Shown here: positions 55,391 to 64,000 of the stretch, piece after piece
How positions within the stretch are numbered: the first letter of the stretch is position 1
How the letters are laid out: each line of letters begins with the position of its first letter
DNA from: an uncultured Acidobacteriota bacterium
GTDB lineage: Bacteria > Acidobacteriota > Polarisedimenticolia > J045
Assembly (NCBI GenBank): GCA_963702425.1
Contig: CAVPCQ010000017.1
Coordinates: forward strand, 128,001 to 192,000
Length of the DNA: 64,000 nucleotides
Direction: 5' to 3'
The notes under the pieces: model-generated
Databases searched by the model: none
Told to the model about the DNA's origin: nothing
Seen by the model: only the letters and a program-made list of their open reading frames with translations
Position numbers and translations under genes: made by a program

Positions 55391-58300
55391 ATGCCATCCA
55401 GGCTGCTCTCGACTTGGGTTCTCTGTGCCTCATCGCTCCTCCTGGTGCCTGCACCGGCATCGGCGTCGGAGGCCCCGCGCGTCACGAGCACCGCGGACGA
55501 GCTGACCGTCCGCGCCTCGTTCCCCGAGCCGGAGTTCGTCGCCGTCGAGAACGGGTTCGTGCCGGTGATCGGCGAGTGGTCGTCGCTCGCGGACGCGCCG
55601 GGGCTGCCGCGCCTGCCGGTCGTCCATTTCTTTCTCGTGCTCCCGCCGGGTATGGAGCCCGGGGCGCCGCGCGCACTCGGGCGGCCGCGCGAGCTTGCCG
55701 AGACCCACGCGATCGCCTGGGGCCAACCGCCGGAGCGGCTCTCCCGGCCCGCGAGTCTCCGCGCCGACAAGAACCCCGCGGTCTACGGACGGGACGATCT
55801 CTACCCCGTCGTCCCGGCGCGGCTCGTCGGCGTCGGTCTTTTCCGCGGCTACCGCGTCGCGACGATCGCCGTGACGCCGCTCCAGGTGCGGCCCGCGAGC
55901 GGCCGGGCCGTCCTCTGGTCGGACGTGGAGCTGCGCCTGCCGCTGCGCCGCGCCCCGAACTCGCACACCGCGGCCGCGCCGCGCGGCCTCCCCCGCGACG
56001 TCGCCGCGCTGGCGCGGTTCACGGCCAACCCGGAAGCGGCCTACATGGCCGGCGCCCCGGAAAAGGACCGCGACGCCGACATCCCGTACCTGATCATCAC
56101 CACCGAGGCCCTGCGGCCGGCCTTCGAGCGGCTGCTCACCCTGCGCGCCTCGCAGGGGATCGCCGGCGAGATCCGCACGGTGGGGTCGATCCTGGCCGAG
56201 GAGCCGGGACGCGACAACCCGGAGAAGGTCCGCAACGCGATCGCCCGCGCCTACCGCGACCACGGCACGACCTTCGTCCTGCTCGGCGGCGACGACGCGC
56301 AGGACGACGGCACGCCGATCGTGCCGGCGCGCCACTGCGCGCCCTACGACGACATGGCCTCGGACTGGTACTACGGCGCCCTCGACGGCGACTTCGACAC
56401 GAACGCCAACGGCACCTTCTGCGAGGGCGAGGAGGTCGACTACTTCGCGGAGGTCCACGTCGGCCGGGCGACGGTCGACACGCTCGAGGAGGCGAACCGC
56501 TGGATCGACAAGGTCGTCGCCTTCCAGGACGGCCTGCCCGAGGAGCGGCGCCTCGACCTGGTCTTCATGGGCGAGAAGCTCGACGACTCGACCTACTCGG
56601 ACATTCACATGGACCGTACCGCGGCGCTGGTGCCTCCCGAGTACGGGATCGACAGGCTCTACGCCAAACCGGAGACGTTCACTGCCGCGAACGTGATCGC
56701 TGCGCTCAACCGCGGCCCGCAGCTGACGGACCACCTCGGCCACGCCGGCTGGGACTACACGATGGGGATCGGGATCGGCGACGTCGAGAGCCTCGTCAAC
56801 GAATCGCCCTTCTTTTCCTACAGCCAGGGCTGCTACGCCGGCGCCTTCGACCACGGCGTCTCCGGCGCCACGGAGGCGATCTCCGAGCACTTCATCACGA
56901 CCCGCCACGGCGCCGTCGCCGACGTCATGAACGACCGCTACGGCTGGTACTACGTCGGCTGGGACCAGGGGCTCTCGCAGGACCTCGCCCACCAGTTCCA
57001 TGACGCGCTCTTCACCGAGGGGCTGACGACGCTCGGCGAGGCCAACGACGATGCCCGCGCCGACAACGCCGGCACGGCGCAGAGCGACGGCACGATGCGC
57101 TACTGCTTCCTCGAGACCAACCTTCACGGCGACCCCTTGACCCGCGTGCAGACGCGCCGCACGGCGCTGCGTGTCGCGTCGGTGCGGATCGACGACGCCG
57201 ACACCGCCTACGCCAACGGCAACGCGGCGGCGGATCCGGGCGAGACGGTGCGGCTCTTCGTCACGCTGGCGAACGACGGCCCGATCGACGCCCGCGGCGT
57301 CTCGGGGCTGCTCACGTCCAGCGCCTCGGGCGTCGCCGTCCGCGACGGCTGGGCCGCGTTCCCCGACGTGCCGACCGGCAGCAGCGTCGAGATGGCACCG
57401 CTCCCGTTCACGGCCTCGCTCTCCGCCGCCTGCGGCGCGGAGCCGGGCTTCCGCCTCGAGGTCCTCCACGACGACGGCGTCGACGACGTCCTGACCTTCG
57501 CGATCGTCGTCGGCCGGCGCTCCGACATCGTGGTCCGCTCGTACGACTTCGAGGCCGGGACCGGCGGCTGGACGCCGGGGGGCGACGCGACCCAGGGGCT
57601 GTTCGTCCGCGAGGATCCCAACGCTGTGACCGACGGCTGGGTCGGTCCGGTCCAGCCGGATGACGACTGCACCGACGGGAGCGGCACCAAGTCCTGGATC
57701 ACCGGGAATCCGTCGCTCCCTCCCGGCGCCGACCCCCACCTGGGCGACGTCAAGAAGGGGACCGCCTACATCACCTCGCCGTCCCTGGACGGCAGCGGCG
57801 AGGGCCGGCTGATGCTGCGCTTCGGCCGGTACTTCCACCGTACCAACGTCGGCACGGGCAACACCGGGTTGTTCCTCGCGCGGGTCAGTACCGACGGCGG
57901 CACGAACTGGACCGAGCTCGACCGCCTCGAGGGAAATGTCCCGCGCTGGACGATGCGGACGATCGACGTCTCGGCCAAGGTCGCTCCGAGCACCACGATG
58001 CGGGTCCGGTTCGAGGCCACGGAAAAGGTGAAGTACGTGCAGGGGAACGAGCCGCTCATCGAGCTGTTGATCGACGACGTGAAGCTCTTCCGCCGCGTCG
58101 AGACCTGCGCCGGCTTCACCGCGACCGAAACGATGCCGCCGGCCCGGGTCGAGCGGCACGCTGACTCGCGGTGCGCGCCGGACGCGACGTCGAGCTGCGG
58201 TGGCTCGCGCCCGGCGCCGACGCGACCCATGGCCCCGCGCGCTTCTACCCGGTCCACCGCTCGTCCGACCCGCACCGGGGATTCGCGGCGCTCGGCGAGC

Positions 58301-58416
58301 CGACGGCGACGCTCTTCCGCGACGTCGACGCCGCCGGGCCATGGAGCGGGACGCTGTACTACCTGGTCACGGCGAGGAACGCGGCCGGGACGTCCGGGGA
58401 CGAGCCGGCGCCGTAG
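55391..58416 (+). CDS. C25 (gingipain-like) cysteine peptidase with propeptide; frameshift near 58150
   Basis: PGLPRLP propeptide, YLIITT, FVLLGGD, SDWYY, VGR, HLGH, SQGCY, NLHGDP; terminal domain (LYYLVTARNAAG) continues in frame 58171-58416. Confidence 0.87.
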
Positions 58417-58426
58417 CCGCCGAGGC

Positions 58427-59918
58427 TCAGGCCGGCGGGGTGCGCAACGCGGCGCGCTCCGCCCGGCCCGCTTCCGCGTCGCGCGCGAGGCGCTCGATCA
58501 TCCGGTCGAAGATGAACGCGTGGAACGGGTACGCCCCGTACCAGTAGAGCAGGCCGAACAGCCCCTTGGCGTCGAAGAAGGCGGTCTGCGTCAGGAGCGT
58601 CCGCCCGTCCGGCTGCGGCCGTGCCACGAACTGCAGCCAGGCCCGGCCCGGGACCTTCATCTCAGCCCGGAGCCGCAGCAGCGAGCCCGGTTCGAGCGCC
58701 TCGACGCGCCAGAAATCGAGCGCGTCCCCGACCCGCAGGTCGTGCGGATCGCGCCGGCCGCGCCGCATCCCCACCCCGCCGGCCAGTCGGTCGAACGCGC
58801 CGCGGAGCTGCCAGGCCCAGTCCATCGCCAGCCAGCCGCGCTCGCCGCCGAGCGAGACGAACTCGCGAAAGACCGCGGCCGGCGGCGCGTTCACGACGCG
58901 CTGCCGGCGCTCGATGTGCATCCCCTCGCGCTCGGTCAGCACGGCCGGCGGCGCATCCCCCTGCGTCGTGACCAGCGCGTCGTCCCACATCGTTTCGACC
59001 TCGCCGGCCTCGACGCGGTCGAGCGCGAGCTGCACCGCGGTGCGGTAGTCGAGCGGAACGATCTCCGGGAACAGGCGCCGCGCGGCGTCGTCGCGCACCA
59101 CGACCTCGTTGCGCAGCCCTTCGATCAGCGGCTGCGCGATCAGCGCCGGGATCGGCGTCACGAGGTGGACCCAGTAGGACGACAGGCGCGGCGTGAGCAC
59201 CGGGACCGGGATCAGCCGGCGCGACAGGCCGCGCACCGCGGCATAGCCGGTCATCATCTCGCCGTAGGTCACGACGTCGGCCCCGCCGATCTCGAGCACG
59301 CGGCCCGCGCTCTCGGGGTGATCCAGCGCGGCGACGAGGTAGTCGAGGACGTTGCGGATCGCGATCGGCTGGATCTGGGTGTAGACCCAGCGCGGGCAGA
59401 TCATCACCGGCAGGCGCTCGGCCAGGTAGCGGATCAGCTCGAAGGAGAGGCTGCCCGGAGCCGACGATCACCGCGGCCCGGAACTCCGTGACCGGGACGC
59501 CGGCCTCGCGCAACGCATCCCCCGTCCCCTGCCGCGAGCGCAGGTGCTCGGACAGCTCGGCCGCCGGGTCGCCGAGCCCACCGAGGTAGAGGATCCGGCC
59601 GACTCCTTCGTCGCGCGCGGCCTCGGCGAAGTGCCGCGCCGCCGCGGTGTCGCGCTCCGAATAGCCGCCTCCGGCCGCGAGGCTGTGGACGAGGTAGTAC
59701 GCCGCGTCGGTCCCGCGCAGCGCCGCCGGCAGCGTCTCGGGGCGCAGCACGTCGCCGGTGACGACCTCGACGCGATCGAGCCACGACCGCCCCTGCAGCC
59801 GCGACGGGTCGCGCACCAGCACGCGTACGCGGTGACCCGCGTCGAGCAGCCGGGGCACGAGACGGCCGCCGACGTAGCCGGTGGCGCCGGTGACCAGGAC
59901 GGAGAGGGGGCGGGGCAT
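58427..59918 (-). CDS. NAD(P)-binding SDR with DUF2867 (YbjT-like); frameshift near 59455
   Basis: VTGATGYVGGRL, SEHLRSR, GGVGMRRGRR, DFWRVE, AEMKVPGRAWL, GLLYWY. Confidence 0.88.
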
Positions 59919-59976
59919 CGGACGCATTATGCCGGGCCGAGACGGCGGCCTGGCCCGGCAGGGCGCAGGAGAAGCG

Positions 59977-62618
59977 CTACCGGAGTCGCTCCTGCCATCC
60001 GATCCGGATGACGTACTGGTCCCGGGTGCCGCGCGCGCGGCGCAGCACGAGCACGCGGCCATCCGCCGCGACGTCGTAGCTGACGAGGTCCTCCGCCTCG
60101 ATCGCCGACGCGCGGTCGGGCGCGGAGGGCACGATCCGGCCCGCCTCGACCCGCAGCGGGACGCGCAGGATGTGCCCGTCGGGCGCGGCGAAGAGAATCG
60201 AGCGGCCGTCGGGATCCCAGCGCGGCGCCGAACCGCCGTTCACCGAGACCTGGATGATCGCCGCTCCACCGACGTCGCGGAGGAAGACCTCGAGCGTTCC
60301 GGAGCGGCTGGACTCGTACGCGATCCAGCGGCCGTCGGGAGACGGCCGGGCGCCGTCCTCCCAATCCGCGCTCGCCAGCCACGGCGTTCGCGTATCGGGG
60401 GCGTCCAACGGCACGCTCCAGATGTCGCTGCTGGACTCGGCAGTCGTCCGGCGCGCGTACAGCGTGCGCCCGTCGGGCGAGACCGCGCTCGCCGCCCAGT
60501 CGTGCCCGATCTCCTTGAGTACCAGCCGCGGCTCGGCGGATCCATCGGCAGCGACCCGGAAGAGGGAGTAGGGGCCGGGGGCGTCCGATTCGTAGACCAC
60601 CTCCGAACCGTCGGGGAACCAGCAGCCGGCATCCTCGTCGCCGGCGGTGTTCGTCAACCGGGTCCTGATCGTGCGCGCGAGGTCGAGGACCCACAGGTCG
60701 TCCGCGCCGCGCGTCGCGTCCCGCTTCGACAGCAGGACCCGTCCGCCGTCCGGCGAGAGCCTGACCTCCGAGACGTTCTCGTCCTCGAACGCCGGGCCCG
60801 CGCGCTCGCCCCGTGCGTCGAACCACTCTCCGATGACCCGGACCCGCGGAGGCGTCGCCCGGACGAGCGTGTCGCCGACGACGGTCGCGGACGCCGCGGC
60901 CCATGTCTCGCTGTACCACGCGTTCTCGATCGCGGTGCGCCGCGGCCCGGAGACGCTGCCGGCCTCGGGGTCGAAGCGCTGCGCGAACACGACGCCGTGC
61001 TGCACGAAGAGGAGCCAGGGCGACGCGTACCCGATGAGGGCGTCCGCCTCCATCACGACCTTGCGCGGACCGCCGTCGAGCGACGCCATCTCGATCCGGT
61101 TCGACTCCTCCGCGATGGTCCGCGACAGGAAGAGGAAGCGCCGGCCATCCGGAAGGAACACGGGCCAGACGTGGCCCGACTCGCCACGGCTCGCGTCGAG
61201 GGTCGTGACGGCTTCGGGGCGGCCGCCGGTGGCGTCGACGCGCTTCAGCCCCTCGTTGAAGGCGGACGAGAAGAGGATCGTCCCCTGCCGGCTCCAGGTC
61301 CCCCCGACCCCGTAGGATGCGTCGCAGAGCGCCCGCGCCGACCCGCCGGCCGCGAACACGGCCATCAGCCGCGAGCCGGTGAAGTAGGCGATCTCGCGGC
61401 CGTCCGGGCTCCAGAACGGAAGCCGGGGGCGCACCGCGCCCTCGACGCGACGCGGCTCGGCATCGTCGAGGCGTCGCACCCAGAGCTGCCCGACTTCGCC
61501 GCCTTCTTCCATGTCGACGTAGGCGACCGACTCCTGGTCCGGGGAAACCGCCGCCGGGTTGGCGTATCCCGGCGCAGCGCCTCGAAGCGGCACCACGATC
61601 TCGGTGACGCGGGCCGGGGGCTCGGGACGGCGCATCCACAGCACGGCGAAGACCGCCGCGAGCACCAGCGCCCCGGCAGCCGCCGCCCAGGCTGCCCGCG
61701 ATGACGAACGCGGCCTGGCCGCGCTCCCGGCGGCCGTTCCCGGCGTGGTAGCGGGCGACGCCGCGATCCCGCGCAGCTCGGCGGCGACATCCTGCGCGCT
61801 CTGGCGGCGCGCCTCGGGGTCCTTCGCCAGGCACTCGCGGACGAGCCGGTCGAGCGCCGGCGGCAGCGCGGGGACGAGCGAGACGGCCGGCGCGGGGTCG
61901 CGCTCGAGGATCGCCGCGATCACGCTGGCCTGGCTGGCGCCCTCGAAGGCGCGCCGGCCGGTCAGCATCTCGTAGAGCACGGCGCCGAAGGCGAAGATGT
62001 CCGCCCGGTGGTCGACCGTTCGGCCCTCGAGCTGCTCGGGGGCCATGTAGTTGAGCGTCCCGACGAGCGCTCCCTTCGCGGTGAGGGGTGCGGTCCTCGT
62101 CTGGATCGCGGTCGGCAGGTGGCCCGGCGCCGCGGCGCCGGGCTCGGCCAGCTTCGCGATGCCGAAGTCGAGCACCTTGGCGCCTGCTCGGGTCAGCATG
62201 ACATTGCCGGGCTTGAGGTCGCGGTGGACGATCCCCGCCCGGTGCGCGACGGCCAGCGCCGAGGCGATCTCCTCCGCGACGCGCAGCGCCTCGTCGATCT
62301 TCAGCGGGCCGCGCTCGATCCGCGCCGCGAGCGTCTCCCCCTCGAGCAGCTCCATCACCAGGAAGTCCGTGCCCCTTCCCGGCCCACGTCGTGCAGCGTG
62401 CAGATGTGCCGGTGGTTGAGCGACGAGACGACCTGGGCCTCGCGCACGAACCGCTCGCGCGAGCCGGTCGATCCGGCGACCTCTGGCGGGAGGATCTTGA
62501 CCGCGACCTCGCGCCCGAGGCGAGTGTCGCGGGCCCGGTAGACCTCGCCCATGCCGCCGGCACCCAGGGGACCGAGGATCTCGTAGGGACCGAGGCGCGC
62601 ACCGGGGTCGAGGGCCAT
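59977..62618 (-). CDS. Ser/Thr kinase fused to a TolB/PD40-like propeller; frameshift near 62370
   Basis: LGAGGMGEVY, VAVKIL, HRDLKPGN, DFGIAK, YMAPEQ; repeated WSPDG / SPDG. Confidence 0.9.
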
Positions 62619-62679
62619 CCGCGGATTATAGGGAGTCCCGGGGTCGGGCGAGCGAGTCGCGGTGCCCGGCGCGCGCGGC

Positions 62680-64000
62680 TTAGAGCGCGGGCTCGGCGAC
62701 CTCGATCAGGGGCGCGCCCTCCGCGCAGCGCCAGTGCCCCGGCGCGAGCGGCTCGAGCGGCTCGACGACGACCCAGCGGCAGCGCGGCGGCGGCGCGAGC
62801 CTCCCGCTCGACGGAGCCAGGACGCGGACACGCGCGGGCACGCTGCGCGCGGCGGTCTCGTCGATGCAGCGCCCCTCGGCCGCGGCGGACGTGCGGGCCT
62901 CGCCGCACTCGAGGCCGAGCAGGCGCGGGGACTCTCCGACGCGGAAGGAGGTGCGGCCCGGTCGGGGTCGGGACAGCCGACCCCCTCGAGCCGCGCCTCG
63001 CGACCGGCGACCATCCACCAGCCGCCGTGCTCCGCGGCGGCGAGGTCGGGGATCGTCACGCGGCGGCGCCGAACCGCCCCCTGCTTGCTCGCGGGGTCGT
63101 CGACGATCACGGAGAGGTTGTTCTCGCCGGGAGCGACGCGCAGCGGGACCGCGAGGGTCTTGCCGCCGGCGCCGGCGGCGAGCGGCGCGAGTTGCTCGCC
63201 GCGCAGACGGACCTCGCGCGACGCGGCCTTGCGCCCCTCGCGCCACGCGACGACATCGACGACCAGCTCGTCGGGCGGTTCGACGGTCGCGGCACCCGAC
63301 GGACGCTCGATGCGGACGATGGCCAGCGCGTCCCACTCCTGGCCGTTGGCCGGGCGCAGGGGCCAGATCCCGACGTCGGCCAGGTAGCCCTGGCTGAGCT
63401 CCGACATCAGGAACATCGCCTCGCGCGTCACCTGGCCCGTGGGCCGGCGGCCCTGGTCGGCGAAGGTCGTCGGCGCGCGGAGGTCGAACTCCGCGGTGCG
63501 CCTCGTCGACAGGCTGATGCTGTGACCCAGCCGACCCCGCCGGCCGACCTTCGGCTTGAAGGAGAGCAGGAAGCGGCAACCCGCCACGCGCCGCAACTCG
63601 TTCACCACACCGGTCGCTCCTTGGCCCTTGGAGAAGCGCCGCCCACCGAGGTTGGCCGCCAGCGGCCCGACGAACTCGTGGAAGCAGCACCGCACATTCA
63701 TTGGCCATCCAATCGGAGTCAGCGAACAGCTCATGAGGTCGACCGTGTGGAGGACGACGTCGTTCTCCTGGGCCACGCTGGCGAGCTCGCGAATCTCCTC
63801 GGCGGAGTCGGCTCCGAGCTGGAAGTGGCAGGTCGGGAAGATCACTTCCTTGGGGCCGTCGAGCTGCCCGAGCGCCCGGAAGAAGCTGATCATCCCGGGG
63901 TACCAGTTGTCGACGTGCGCGGCAGACTGCTCCCACGTCACCCAGCGCATCGCCTTTTCGAGCTCGTCGAGCCGGGTGAATGCCGCTGTCGGGTCGTCGA
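62680..64000 (-). CDS. VWFA-related (acidobacterial-type) protein, 5' end outside the window; frameshift near 62970
   Basis: LGQLDGPKEVI, VVLHTVD, LAANLGG, FLLSF followed by a beta-rich tail. Confidence 0.55.
   Translation of the reverse strand, partial: RRPDSGIHPARRARKGDALGDVGAVCRARRQLVPRDDQLLPGARAARRPQGSDLPDLPLPARSRLRRGDSRARQRGPGERRRPPHGRPHELFADSDWMANECAVLLPRVRRAAGGQPRWAALLQGPRSDRCGERVAARGGLPLPALLQAEGRPAGSAGSQHQPVDEAHRGVRPPRADDLRRPGPPAHGPGDARGDVPDVGAQPGLPGRRRDLAPAPGQRPGVGRAGHRPHRASVGCRDRRTARRAGRRCRRVARGAQGRVARGPSARRATRAARRRRRRQDPRGPAARRSRREQPLRDRRRPREQAGGGSAPPRDDPRPRRRGARRLVDGRRSRGAARGGRLSRPRPGRTSFRVGESPRLLGLECGEARTSAAAEGRCIDETAARSVPARVRVLAPSSGRLAPPPRCRWVVVEPLEPLAPGHWRCAEGAPLIEVAEPAL

Noticed and set aside
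55319-59491. 1390-aa C25 fusion protein as given in the ORF track
   Set aside because: The extension past ~58150 is frameshift read-through into the antisense of the SDR gene; the real tail is in frame 58171-58416

Overview
High-GC bacterial DNA; protein families (VWFA-related protein, kinase-TolB fusion, Cys-Pro-ending secreted proteins) suggest Acidobacteriota (inference). About 1-40.6 kb is an accessory, mobile-element-rich region: a stand-alone A-T-TE NRPS, a two-gene anchor plus tail-fibre-like module, three HAF-repeat secreted proteins plus a deleted inverted paralog, two group II introns, seven remnants of one IS481-like (TGT...ACA) element bracketing cargo genes (rsgA, a LOV-PP2C photoreceptor, a bifunctional glycoside hydrolase, DUF362, a kinase), two copies of an unclassified non-TIR element and IS91 fragments. 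About 40.8-64 kb looks more like backbone: S8 protease, GNAT, ltaE, a c-haem cytochrome bd-like pair, PLP decarboxylase, ABC transporter, C25 protease, SDR, kinase, VWA protein. Best candidates for novelty: (1) an FN3-like terminal domain shared by six unrelated exported proteins, a possible lineage-specific sorting/anchoring system; (2) the non-phage fibre module; (3) a group II intron inserted in, and apparently matched to, IS terminal repeats. Several single frameshifts may be sequencing errors. All calls are by eye; no searches were run.
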